The notes under the pieces: generated by a model | Told to the model about the DNA's origin: nothing | The model's input: only the letters and a program-made list of their open reading frames with translations | The model's database searches: none | Translations under genes and position numbers: made by a program | Source of the DNA: a virus | Lineage: Duplodnaviria > Caudoviricetes | IMG/VR virus record: IMGVR_UViG_3300036781_000120 | Location: 1 to 51,016 of that record | Length of the DNA: 51,016 bases | Strand: one strand, 5' to 3' | Shown: positions 42,387-51,016 of the stretch, in pieces | How positions within the stretch are numbered: the first letter of the stretch is position 1 | Layout: the number at the start of each line of letters is the position of its first letter

Positions 42387-44492
42387 TTAATCTTTTTTAT
42401 AATAAGTACTTACAAATCCGTCCGCCGATAATATCAACCCCTTTGCCCAGGCAGGCATATCGCACATTCTTTCGTTAACTTGTTCTAGCGTTACGCTTTC
42501 ATCGCATTCGTTAACAGTTTCATCGTGAACATGGATTGCCGTATAAATTCCCGCATTCGCTAAATTCAAAAGTCCCTGAGCCAAAACATCTCTAGCGATC
42601 GCCTGCACAATGTTCTCGACCAGTTTACCGCCATATGTCTTTATCCGGGTCCACTTTTTAGTGGTCTGATCCATTCCCCAGTAAAGTATTTGTACCCCGA
42701 AATCTCCGGGCACCAGGCTAGCGTTTACGTAGTAAAGCGATCTACCGGAAGGCAGCGTAATAATTAAGTATTTACGCCGGTACTCAAATGATAAATCTTT
42801 TTGCATAAATACTTTTTCGCCTTTATCAATAGCCTTTTTAGCGGCCCGGTCTACATCGTACCAAAGCTTAACGATAGACGGATTAGCTTCGCGCCAAAGG
42901 GTAACAAGCGGTTGTAATTCTCTTTCGGTCAAACCCATATCGAGGGCGCCCATTTTAATAAGCGCATTAACGCCGCCCTGGTAACCAAGTGCAAGCTCTG
43001 AAATTTTACCTTTAGCACGGTAATCGGACGTTTTCGTAACCGCCTCTATCGGCACCTTGAACATTTGAGAAGCGGAAGCTTCGTAAATACGGCCATGCGT
43101 TGCAAACACTTCCATGCGCCAACGTTCACCGGCCAGCCACGCAATAACACGGGCTTCAATAGCGGAGTAATCCGAAATAACAAATTGTTTGCCCTTGGCC
43201 GGGATAAAGGCCGTACGGATCAGTTGTGAAAGCGTATCTGGGATAGCCCCGAATAACGTTTCCAGCATATCAGCGTCACCGCTTAAAACTATTTCCCTGG
43301 CTAAGTTCAAATCCTTATCGTGGTATTTTCCTTTAGGCAGGTTTTGAGGCTGTATAAGACGACCGCCCCAGCGCCCCGTCCTATTGGCGCCATAATATTG
43401 CAGTAAGCCGCGTACCCGGCTATCTGATCCCACGGCCTGCAGCATAGCTGCGTATTTTTTAACGGATGTTTTGCTGAGCTCTTGTCGGATCGTTAGAATT
43501 CGCTTTATAATCGGTTCGTCGAAACGTTCTATAAGTTTAGGAATTTCAGCTTTGCGGAGGTTATCAACTAATTCCCCCGTTTCGTCTTCAATCCATTTTC
43601 TTATTTGCGCGATGCTGTTAGGGTTGGATAACCTAGTTATTTTTATAGCTTCAGCAATTAAACGTTGCCGAAAGGCTGTATCCATTTCGATAGCGTTTCT
43701 AACGAGTAGCATGTTTATTTTAATACCCGTACTGTTTATTTTTTGGTCTAAATTCCAGACTAAACGCTCTATCGGCGGTATCCGTATAAAGGTCAAATGT
43801 TCGGTTATGGCGATTTCCGAATAAACGTCCTGAACGCAGTATCGGCCAAAAGCAAACCATTTTTCGAACTCATGTTCGGGTAAATTTCTAACACGATGCC
43901 CGTTTGCTTTCGTAGGTTTACAAGGGATGCACCAAAACCGAATTAACCCTGTACCCGTTTTATCTTTTTGGATATCCAGGTTTAATGCCGCGCCTGCCTG
44001 ATCGAGGGAAAAAGGCAATCCAGCTATTCCGCAAAGCACCATAGAGCAAAGCCATTGCGCCGGATCTAACTCGATTTCAAGGCAAGCCGATAAACAGGCT
44101 ATTTCGAAGGCCGCGTTATGGGCTATTTTTATAATTGTGGGATCTCGTAAATCCCTGATTAACTGATCCGGTAAAACGTCCGTTGCCAGGTCATAAAGAA
44201 TAACCGGGTTTTTGTCGTAGCCTACAGCTATCAGAAGTATTTCACAATCGGCGGCGTATTTATAAAGACCGGCGTTTTTTAAATTTACTTTCGAGAACGT
44301 TTCGATATCGATGTGTAAACGGCGCCTACCGATAAGTTTTTCGCGTTTTTCAAACTCCTTATAATAGGATATAGGTTTATCTTTCGGATAGCTGCCTGCC
44401 CCGTGTATATATTCATGCCTTTCGATTGCTTCGTTATCCCAGCCGTCGTATGATCGCCACGGTGCGGGTTCGCCTTGATATCCCTGATACAT
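42387..44492 (-). CDS. polA: Family A DNA polymerase (3'-5' exonuclease plus polymerase)
   Basis: HIDIETFS, AHNAAFE, YCVQDV; TGRWGG; motif A DYSAIEARV, motif B RAKGKISELALGYQGG, motif C HVHDE. Confidence 0.95.
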   Translation of the reverse strand: MYQGYQGEPAPWRSYDGWDNEAIERHEYIHGAGSYPKDKPISYYKEFEKREKLIGRRRLHIDIETFSKVNLKNAGLYKYAADCEILLIAVGYDKNPVILYDLATDVLPDQLIRDLRDPTIIKIAHNAAFEIACLSACLEIELDPAQWLCSMVLCGIAGLPFSLDQAGAALNLDIQKDKTGTGLIRFWCIPCKPTKANGHRVRNLPEHEFEKWFAFGRYCVQDVYSEIAITEHLTFIRIPPIERLVWNLDQKINSTGIKINMLLVRNAIEMDTAFRQRLIAEAIKITRLSNPNSIAQIRKWIEDETGELVDNLRKAEIPKLIERFDEPIIKRILTIRQELSKTSVKKYAAMLQAVGSDSRVRGLLQYYGANRTGRWGGRLIQPQNLPKGKYHDKDLNLAREIVLSGDADMLETLFGAIPDTLSQLIRTAFIPAKGKQFVISDYSAIEARVIAWLAGERWRMEVFATHGRIYEASASQMFKVPIEAVTKTSDYRAKGKISELALGYQGGVNALIKMGALDMGLTERELQPLVTLWREANPSIVKLWYDVDRAAKKAIDKGEKVFMQKDLSFEYRRKYLIITLPSGRSLYYVNASLVPGDFGVQILYWGMDQTTKKWTRIKTYGGKLVENIVQAIARDVLAQGLLNLANAGIYTAIHVHDETVNECDESVTLEQVNERMCDMPAWAKGLILSADGFVSTYYKKD

Positions 44493-44723
44493 AATTTATT
44501 TTAAAATAATAAAGTCCCGCTTACTCTCGCAGTTCGCAGGACTTCAACCTAAACCTTATCACAATAGGACGGGTGTGTCCTGAAGTAGGACAAACATAAA
44601 AACAATAATGATAATAACAAAGAAAAAAATATTTTTTTTTATTGCTTGTTATTTCAAAAACAATTTACATATTTGCTCACTCTTTCTCAGGTATTATACA
44701 AAAAGTGAGAAACTATTATACAA

Positions 44724-44939
44724 ATGGATCAGGACATTTTATACACAAAAGAAAAATTAAATTTACTGGAAAAAGGCAAAAGCTATCCGGTAGAAAAATC
44801 TCAAACAGTCTATTCCGCTATCCGGGATAATCCTGATCTTTTTAAAAATAAAGAATTCTCTATCCGGACCGATAAGAAGCCTACCGTTTTACCTTCGGGC
44901 GAATCGAAATTTTTGCAGCGTGTTATACGAATTAAATAA
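44724..44939 (+). CDS. Small putative DNA-binding protein
   Basis: 71 aa; first gene of the rightward operon; LNLLEKGKSY...FSIRT...VIRIK pattern. Confidence 0.6.
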   Translation: MDQDILYTKEKLNLLEKGKSYPVEKSQTVYSAIRDNPDLFKNKEFSIRTDKKPTVLPSGESKFLQRVIRIK

Positions 44940-44962
44940 ATAAATAACTTAAAAATCAAATT

Positions 44963-45382
44963 ATGAAAATTGAATTTTCTATCGAGGCTGAAACAGCGGC
45001 CGAACTATTAAAAGGCTTGCAAAACTTTGTCGGTTCTACCGGCATAGGTGAAAATGCAGGAGCAAAAGGCAACAAAAAGGGTGCTTCGGACGACGCGGAA
45101 GAAGACAAACCCGCTAAAAAGATTGTCAAAAAAGTAGTTGAAGAAGAGGCCGAAGACAAAGCACCTACGCACGAAGATGCCCGCGCCGCAATTGTGAACC
45201 TGGCTAAAAAATTAGAATGGGATCCAGCCCCGCCGAAAATCCAGGCATTCACTAAAAAGTTTGCCAAAGCACACGATTTGATGGAAGACGACGGCGAAAC
45301 ACTTATCCAACGTATCCCGCAAATCCCGGTTAAAAAGTTAAAAGCGTTTTTACAGGCAATCAAAGACGAGGGAGAAATATAA
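44963..45382 (+). CDS. Hypothetical protein preceding the DUF2800 nuclease
   Basis: 139 aa with a charged linker; this position is typical of DUF2800/DUF2815 modules. Confidence 0.7.
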   Translation: MKIEFSIEAETAAELLKGLQNFVGSTGIGENAGAKGNKKGASDDAEEDKPAKKIVKKVVEEEAEDKAPTHEDARAAIVNLAKKLEWDPAPPKIQAFTKKFAKAHDLMEDDGETLIQRIPQIPVKKLKAFLQAIKDEGEI

Positions 45383-45385
45383 TCG

Positions 45386-46555
45386 ATGGCCCACGCAATA
45401 CTATCGCCTTCAGCGGCAAGTCGCTGGCTTACGTGTACGCCTTCCGCAAGGCTGGAACTTAATTTCGAAAACACGGAAAGTGATTTCGCAAGAGAGGGAA
45501 CGCTCGCGCATGCTATTTGCGAATGTCTTTTAAACGGCTATTTAGCAAGCGGGTCACCGTTTCTTACTATAGCAGAATGGAAGTATTTTAAAGATCAGGA
45601 GTTTTACACCGAAGCCATGTACGAGCATTGCCAGGCTTACGCCTCCTATGTTCTTAGCTTTTTCGCTGAAGGTGATATATTGCGCGTAGAAGACAAAATA
45701 AACTTGTCTGCGTTCGTTCCTGAGAGTTTCGGCACGTCCGATAGCTGGATTTATAAAACCGCAACCAAACATTTACATGTTCTTGACCTTAAATACGGAA
45801 AAGGTGTTCCGGTATCGGCTGATAGCAATAAGCAGCTTAAGCTTTACGCTTTAGGCATACTGGAAGAGTTGCTATGCCTGTATGATGTTGAAACCGTTAC
45901 GCTGCATATCTATCAGCCGCGCATTCAGAACAATTCGGATTTTACTATATCGGTAAAAGACTTATTAGCCTGGCGCAAAAAGATCGAACCACTTGCTAAA
46001 CTGGCTTTCGACGGTGAAGGCGAATTCGTTGCCGGTGATCACTGTTTATTTTGCAGGGCTAAAGCTACGTGTCGCGCAATTGCTGAATATAATACAGAGC
46101 TTGCAAAGCACGATTTCAAAGATCCGAATTTGCTTGACGACGAAGAGATAATCGAAGTTATCGAACGAAAGAGTATTTTTGAGAGCTGGATAAAAGCAGT
46201 AAGCGAACATGCTTTAAGCGAAGCTGTAAAAGGTAAAAACTGGCCCGGCTACAAACTAGTCGAAGGCAAAGCGGATCGTAAGTACAAGGACGAAAACGAG
46301 ATCGTAAGAACATTAACAAAGCATTTGAATTTCGGCTACGTTTCGGAAATCTACAAACCGCAGCAGCTTTTAGGAATTACTGAGCTCACTAAAAAACTGG
46401 GTACTGAAAACTTTAATACTTACGTAGCGCCTTTACTCATTAAACCGAAAGGCGCACCGACTCTGGTTCCTGAAAGCGACAAGCGGTCGGTATTCAGTAA
46501 TTCGCAAAGCGATTTTAACGACGGCTTTTCCGAAGAGGACAGCTGGGATATTTAA
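45386..46555 (+). CDS. DUF2800 Cas4/RecB-like PD-(D/E)xK exonuclease
   Basis: HAILSPSAASRWLTC, EGTLAH, FGTSD, DLKYGKG, QLKLYALG and HCLFCRAKATC motifs. Confidence 0.92.
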   Translation: MAHAILSPSAASRWLTCTPSARLELNFENTESDFAREGTLAHAICECLLNGYLASGSPFLTIAEWKYFKDQEFYTEAMYEHCQAYASYVLSFFAEGDILRVEDKINLSAFVPESFGTSDSWIYKTATKHLHVLDLKYGKGVPVSADSNKQLKLYALGILEELLCLYDVETVTLHIYQPRIQNNSDFTISVKDLLAWRKKIEPLAKLAFDGEGEFVAGDHCLFCRAKATCRAIAEYNTELAKHDFKDPNLLDDEEIIEVIERKSIFESWIKAVSEHALSEAVKGKNWPGYKLVEGKADRKYKDENEIVRTLTKHLNFGYVSEIYKPQQLLGITELTKKLGTENFNTYVAPLLIKPKGAPTLVPESDKRSVFSNSQSDFNDGFSEEDSWDI

Positions 46556-46579
46556 TTAACAATTTTAAAATTTAAACAT

Positions 46580-47224
46580 ATGGGATTAACAGGCGTTAAG
46601 GTGGTGTTACCACCAATCCGTTTTAGTTATTTGAAAGCAATTTCGCCTAAAATAAATGACGACGGCAGGGAGGACTATGGTTCTCAATTAATAGTTGATA
46701 AAGACGATACGAAAACTATCCGAATGATCGAAAAAGCTTTACAGGGTGCATTTGAAGAGGGCAAAGGCCTTTTAGGTATTAAGGTCGATAAAATGCCGGC
46801 AAAACTGAAAACGACGTATTTTGACGGCGACGAAGATAAAAATAACGGCAACCCGCCCGACGAATGTACGCAAGGTTGCATGTGCTTAAACACTTCGTCA
46901 AACCGTAAAGTAGAAGTGTTCCACGGCAACCCGCCTATGCCGTTAACTAATCCGGATAAAATTTATTCGGGTATGTACGGCCGTGCTAGCGTTACGTTTA
47001 AAGCTTACGTAACTAAAGACGGCGGTAAGGGTATCGCATGCTATCTGAATGGCATACAAAAGACCAAGGACGGCGCCAGGCTCGACGGTATGAGCAGTTC
47101 TCGCTCTGCATTCGACGACGGATTCGACGATCTGGAAATCGACGACGATTACAACAACGATTTTGCGGACGAACCGACAAAAAAGAAAGTCGTTAAAAAA
47201 GAAGTAGACGACTGGGACATCTAA
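46580..47224 (+). CDS. DUF2815 (gp2.5-like) single-stranded DNA-binding protein
   Basis: RFSYL, IYSGMYGRAS, KGIACYLNGIQKTKDGARL and an acidic tail. Confidence 0.9.
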   Translation: MGLTGVKVVLPPIRFSYLKAISPKINDDGREDYGSQLIVDKDDTKTIRMIEKALQGAFEEGKGLLGIKVDKMPAKLKTTYFDGDEDKNNGNPPDECTQGCMCLNTSSNRKVEVFHGNPPMPLTNPDKIYSGMYGRASVTFKAYVTKDGGKGIACYLNGIQKTKDGARLDGMSSSRSAFDDGFDDLEIDDDYNNDFADEPTKKKVVKKEVDDWDI

Positions 47225-47244
47225 AACCCTGCATCTACCTAAGT

Positions 47245-47278
47245 AAAACACCGGAACGCTCACAAGGCTTCCGGTTTT
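47245..47278 (+). terminator. Terminator-like hairpin after the SSB gene
   Basis: ACCGGAA...TTCCGGT followed by TTT. Confidence 0.55.
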
Positions 47279-47304
47279 CCAGGTATAAAACCAAATTAAA
47301 TATT

Positions 47305-47739
47305 ATGAAACAAATTATCACATTAGCCGAGGCTGAAATCGAAAAAGTTAAACAAAAAATTTCCCAGTTAGAGCATGAAAAAGCAGAAGCGTTACGCGAT
47401 GCAACTTGCTCTCAGAACCAGATCGATACGGAAACGGTCGAACTCGAAAAACTGGAATACAGTTTAAATCAGTTGCTTAAAAAGTTTCCAAATGACTTTC
47501 CGCAAATAGAGAAAGGCGCTAGCCCGCTTGCTGCCACGAAAACAGCCGGTAAACCCTCGCAAATAATAACTTTAGACGATTTACGCCATTTAATCAGTGC
47601 TCTTTCTAGAAAAGGAAAAAGGGTCGTCGTTAAAGAAATATTTTCCGATTACGGATACGACCGATTGCCTGAAGTACAAGAAAAAGATTACGTTGGTATT
47701 TTTAACGCCTTATCGGAATTACTACAGCAAATAGTATGA
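47305..47739 (+). CDS. Coiled-coil protein with a small helical C-terminal domain
   Basis: ITLDDLR...VKEIFSDYGYDRLPEVQEKDY pattern, common next to DUF2800 modules. Confidence 0.7.
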   Translation: MKQIITLAEAEIEKVKQKISQLEHEKAEALRDATCSQNQIDTETVELEKLEYSLNQLLKKFPNDFPQIEKGASPLAATKTAGKPSQIITLDDLRHLISALSRKGKRVVVKEIFSDYGYDRLPEVQEKDYVGIFNALSELLQQIV

Positions 47740-47903
47740 AAGAAGTAAAATACCAATACGACGCAAAGCCGGCACCGCTTTATTACGAGGTACTATCGTG
47801 CACCGGCGAACTTCTTTTTAAGGATGAATGTTACGCTATTTGTAACAGCTTCATAATCGTTAATCAAATTAAAGGCGTACGCCCTAAACCAGTTTATGAG
47901 TAA
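47736..47903 (+). CDS. Small hypothetical protein, 55 aa
   Basis: MKEVKYQYDAKPAPLYYEVLSC...; ATGA and TAATG coupling. Confidence 0.6.
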   Translation: MKEVKYQYDAKPAPLYYEVLSCTGELLFKDECYAICNSFIIVNQIKGVRPKPVYE

Positions 47904-48562
47904 TGAAAGTATTTAGCCTTATATACAAGGATTCTTTACCGTTTTTACGCGTAAAGAATCCTATCGAAAACGACGGCCGCCTGATCTCCCGCGAATGCTG
48001 GCAGCAACACGACGACGCGTATTCCAACGAAGCTATTAAAGTACTTAATCCCACTGCTAACCAACGGGAGTATTTCGGGGCGGAACTGGATATACTTTGG
48101 CGCTTTACCGAAGATAAAGGGGAAACCTGGATCGAAGTTTCAGAGCCAAACTTTATCGGCACGTCGCCGGAAAACTACGAACAGGTTTTCAGAGTTAAGC
48201 CGCGTAAAGAAGTACCGTACCAGGAACGCGTTAAAGACTGGATAGGATCCACTTTCAGCGAAGAGGCGGTAACAGATATCCCGGAACGCTGCCACAGGTT
48301 TATCGAAGAGGCAATAGAGTTGGTACAGGCTTTAGGAATGCCGAAGGACGATATTATCCGGCACATCGTGCGCACTTATTCACGGCCCGTAGGCGACCCG
48401 GTACAAGAGGTAGGCGGCGTTATGGTAACGCTTAACGGTTTAGCTACAGCGGCCGGCATAGATGTGCTCACAGCTGCGGAAACTGAGTTAAGCGCAAATA
48501 TTAAAAACGCAGAGGCTATTCGCGAAAAATGGTTAAGTAAAACTGTAATATCCCCTTTATAA
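47903..48562 (+). CDS. Protein with C-terminal MazG-like NTP pyrophosphohydrolase domain
   Basis: RFIEEAIELVQA...QEVGGVMVTLNGLA (ExxE...ExxD/G helical motif). Confidence 0.65.
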   Translation: MKVFSLIYKDSLPFLRVKNPIENDGRLISRECWQQHDDAYSNEAIKVLNPTANQREYFGAELDILWRFTEDKGETWIEVSEPNFIGTSPENYEQVFRVKPRKEVPYQERVKDWIGSTFSEEAVTDIPERCHRFIEEAIELVQALGMPKDDIIRHIVRTYSRPVGDPVQEVGGVMVTLNGLATAAGIDVLTAAETELSANIKNAEAIREKWLSKTVISPL

Positions 48563-48563
48563 T

Positions 48564-48630
48564 AAAAAAAACCGTATCGCGAGATTACGGTTTAGTTTGC
48601 AACCCTGGAATAATATTCCGGGGTTTTTAG
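48564..48630. terminator. Two adjacent hairpins terminating the convergent replication and late transcripts
   Basis: A-tract-ACCGTA-TCGCGAGAT-TACGGTTT and AAACCCTGGAA-TAATA-TTCCGGGGTTTTT. Confidence 0.75.
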
Positions 48631-48908
48631 TTTATCTTAATCCCCCAAAAGTCTTCAGCCTTTTGCAGTATAAGCACTACGACACCCATATATTCAAGTA
48701 CTTGCTGTTTTACAGCTACCGGTATCGTAGAGATCCCGGTAAATACTATAGGTATGATAAGCACGAAAAAGGTTATCATTTTAAAAATAGCCTTTACTTT
48801 GTCCGGGGTAGGCAGGGTTAAACCCGACAGACCTATTACTGTTTTAGTGTTTGCTTCATCCGTAACTACAGGCTGCTGCGTTACGACTGGTTGTGATTCT
48901 TCGCTCAT
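48627..48908 (-). CDS. Putative holin (two TM segments)
   Basis: 93 aa with two hydrophobic helices; last gene of the late transcript. Confidence 0.5.
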   Translation of the reverse strand: MSEESQPVVTQQPVVTDEANTKTVIGLSGLTLPTPDKVKAIFKMITFFVLIIPIVFTGISTIPVAVKQQVLEYMGVVVLILQKAEDFWGIKIN

Positions 48909-49057
48909 GCTAATAAAGTTTTAATTGTGTTTGCAATCGGTTTTAAGTTTCCGGCGCTGTCGTACATACCGAAATGTGCTTCTTTTGTTAAACCTCTGGC
49001 CGGTTCGTCTAAAAGCTCGTAAAGCGTTTTTTCATACCCACTAAAGGCCGTCATCAT
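48905..49057 (-). pseudogene. Fragment resembling the C-terminus of a clan GH-A glycoside hydrolase
   Basis: LYELLDEP...EAHFGMYDSAGNLKP matches the last barrel strand and helix pattern of GH5/GH39-like enzymes, but the ORF is only about 50 aa. Confidence 0.4.
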
Positions 49058-49058
49058 G

Positions 49059-49442
49059 TTAGCGTACTTTAGTCCAAATATCTTTTCCATTTATTACCTG
49101 ATGCGTATAATAACCTACGTTTCTAAAACCGGGCTTAACATACACTGTCCGTGTCTTAACCGTTCTTATACTGTCAAGGTTAGCGATAGCCGCCCAGATA
49201 TCCCGAAACTGATATTGGCTCTCGTGGTTTAAACTATCGATCTTATGATTAGTATTAACGTTTTCCTGGTGTGCGATTTCCCGGCTTTTTTGTACGTCTC
49301 CGCGAATGTCTTTAATGTCTCCCCGGATAGTAGCTATGCCCATAGTGCCGCCGATTATAAGCGGGATTAAGGCGGATGCGATATAAATGAGCGTTACCCA
49401 TTTAACATTTCGCATATACTCGTTACGTTCTTCGTTGCTCAC
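49059..49442 (-). CDS. Single-TM coiled-coil protein (lysis-associated, spanin/holin-like)
   Basis: N-terminal TM segment (WVTLIYIASALIPLIIGGTMGIA) followed by a coiled coil. Confidence 0.5.
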   Translation of the reverse strand: MSNEERNEYMRNVKWVTLIYIASALIPLIIGGTMGIATIRGDIKDIRGDVQKSREIAHQENVNTNHKIDSLNHESQYQFRDIWAAIANLDSIRTVKTRTVYVKPGFRNVGYYTHQVINGKDIWTKVR

Positions 49443-49534
49443 AATCTTTTAATTTAAATTTTAACAATTCGTTTTCAATTTTTAAGCTTTTGTATTTCTT
49501 ATAGTTCCAGACGTTTACCATTGCAAAAACCATG

Positions 49535-49915
49535 CTAATTAAAATTATCGCCCAGAGAAAGTAATCGTTTGTTTGCATAGTTTAGGCCGTAAAAAATTAA
49601 CGTTACTAATAAGAAGAAACACACTTGCCAGTTATGATCATAAATCCATTTAGTTTTTGAAAATAAGCAAAGTACATAGTAGCAATAAATAAAGACCAAG
49701 TTACAAATAAAATATCTTAAAAATAGCTGTTCGACTTTTTCCAGTTTAACGTTACTGGAACTGAGCCACGTATAAAATAACCCGCCGAACACAATAATCG
49801 GAACTATATTGAATAACACCTGGCACCGTCTGCACCAATCCCCGAAATACAGGTGTCCGGCTATGAATAAAGGATACCCATGTGTTAACAGCAATATAGT
49901 TCCACGCCTGCTCAT
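49535..49915 (-). CDS. Multi-pass membrane protein
   Basis: 126 aa with about four hydrophobic segments. Confidence 0.65.
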   Translation of the reverse strand: MSRRGTILLLTHGYPLFIAGHLYFGDWCRRCQVLFNIVPIIVFGGLFYTWLSSSNVKLEKVEQLFLRYFICNLVFIYCYYVLCLFSKTKWIYDHNWQVCFFLLVTLIFYGLNYANKRLLSLGDNFN

Positions 49916-50439
49916 GGTTTCGGCGGGTGTGTTGGATCTGGTGGCACAGGATCACCTTCAATAGATTCGACTTTAGGCTTAACAATAGCTTGGTAAACCA
50001 GTTCGGCTACAGCTGTAAATTTCTGTATTGGCGTTTCCGGGCTTAGTAAAACAGCAAGTAAGCTACCTAATCCCTGCGATATAATCTTCCAGGTATTACC
50101 GTTTTTAGATTTTAAATAAGCAGCAAGTTCGCTAATAGCTTCATCAAGCGTTAAAGGTACGTGTGATTGCACCGCGTTAAGATCTTTGAGCACGATATCT
50201 ATAAAGCCATGCAGCACGTCCGTAGATAAGCCCGGATAAGCTTTTTGAATGGCCGGCAGAATCAGGTCTACCTGATTAACATATTTGTTTGCGATTGCGA
50301 TTACACCATAAGCATAACCTGCGGCTTTCTTTTCGTCTTCAGAAAGCAAATCGTAAATTTTCTCGGCGTTGCTGAAGATCGCTTTGATCCAACTGCCTAT
50401 GCTGTTTATAGCATTTTCCAGAGCGGTTAATAGTGACAT
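49912..50439 (-). CDS. Hypothetical alpha-helical protein
   Basis: 175 aa, amphipathic, with a Pro-rich tail. Confidence 0.7.
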   Translation of the reverse strand: MSLLTALENAINSIGSWIKAIFSNAEKIYDLLSEDEKKAAGYAYGVIAIANKYVNQVDLILPAIQKAYPGLSTDVLHGFIDIVLKDLNAVQSHVPLTLDEAISELAAYLKSKNGNTWKIISQGLGSLLAVLLSPETPIQKFTAVAELVYQAIVKPKVESIEGDPVPPDPTHPPKP

Positions 50440-50456
50440 ATTTATTTGTTTTTAAG

Positions 50457-51016
50457 TTATAATTTAATATTCCAAATATAGGTAGTTGCGGCCGTTAATC
50501 CCGTCGTGCCGGAAGTTATTGTCACGTTGGATGGCCCGGTACTTGACATGGATATCATACTGGCCCCATTCAATAATGCGGTAGCTGAACTCGCCGCGCT
50601 AAATACCGGATAAGGCGTATACGGTAGCGCATTTGCTAACGTGACAGTTCCTATAGTTGCGTTAGTCCCAGAAGGGAGGGTGCCCGTAACTATTGTAACC
50701 TGTAACGCACGGCCGTTAGTGGTTACTGTTACTGTAGGAGAAGTACCAGCACCCAGGCCTGCAGCTATAGTCGGCGTTCCTTTGATCGCGTAACTACTTA
50801 GATAAGCTACCGTATCGACAGAGTTAGAATACCCAAATCTAATTATCCTTGTTGAAGGAGGATCGGCAAAAAACAAACCCGTCGAGAAAGAAGATCCTTG
50901 CGCGAATATACCTGTTCCAAAAGTCAAATTAAGGGACGCCGAAAATGTGTTAGTTCCGCTATACGTATTATTAGCCCCAAATAAATCGAAATAAGCCGGG
51001 GCAGCACTCACAGACC
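50457..51016 (-). CDS. C-terminal part of the tailspike/fibre, probably continuing the ORF at 1-2244
   Basis: Frame is open to the window edge (.GG TCT GTG AGT GCT GCC = (G)SVSAAP); Thr/Gly-rich fibre-like sequence. Confidence 0.7.
   Translation of the reverse strand, partial: SVSAAPAYFDLFGANNTYSGTNTFSASLNLTFGTGIFAQGSSFSTGLFFADPPSTRIIRFGYSNSVDTVAYLSSYAIKGTPTIAAGLGAGTSPTVTVTTNGRALQVTIVTGTLPSGTNATIGTVTLANALPYTPYPVFSAASSATALLNGASMISMSSTGPSNVTITSGTTGLTAATTYIWNIKL

Noticed and set aside
1-51016. Integrase/att site, ParA/ParB, tRNA genes, reverse transcriptase/DGR
   Set aside because: No corresponding motifs were recognised by eye; absence is not confirmed by search.

Overview
The window is an almost complete, circularly permuted genome of a long-tailed (siphovirus-type) dsDNA phage. 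The host is very probably a member of Bacteroidota, judging from TAnnTTTG/TTTG promoters, A-rich leaders without Shine-Dalgarno sequences, and signal peptides followed by Gln. Positions 1-25.7 kb (mostly minus strand) hold the packaging and virion module: terS, a free-standing HNH endonuclease, terL, a tail-tube-like protein, portal, scaffold, major capsid, neck proteins, a tail chaperone with a -1 frameshift, tape measure, tail tip and a beta-helix tailspike that appears to continue across the window ends. Positions 25.8-31.5 kb hold small early genes under repeated promoter/operator units. Positions 31.5-48.6 kb hold replication and modification genes: XRE, primase-helicase (VapE-like), VRR-NUC, C5-MTase, SNF2 helicase, Dam, SLOG/YspA, PolA, DUF2800 nuclease, DUF2815 SSB and a MazG-like protein. 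Positions 48.6-50.4 kb hold membrane/lysis-type genes. I recognised no integrase, tRNA, CRISPR array or endolysin. The top finding is that the terL Walker A motif (GGR|GGMKT) is interrupted by an 11-nt insert, CGG-UGA-AGUAU-CGG, with matched take-off and landing codons, an 11-bp hairpin ending on the take-off codon, and an adjacent HNH endonuclease gene. This is a candidate miniature translational-bypassing element analogous to T4 gene 60/mobA. Other notable signals are an AGGGG-loop hairpin in the leaders of three major virion genes, eight frame-independent copies of AAAAGCATGCTT, a C5-MTase with many candidate target-recognition modules, and shared acidic FxDGF/W(D/E)I motifs on replication proteins. 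All protein calls come from motifs and synteny read by eye; no database searches were run.
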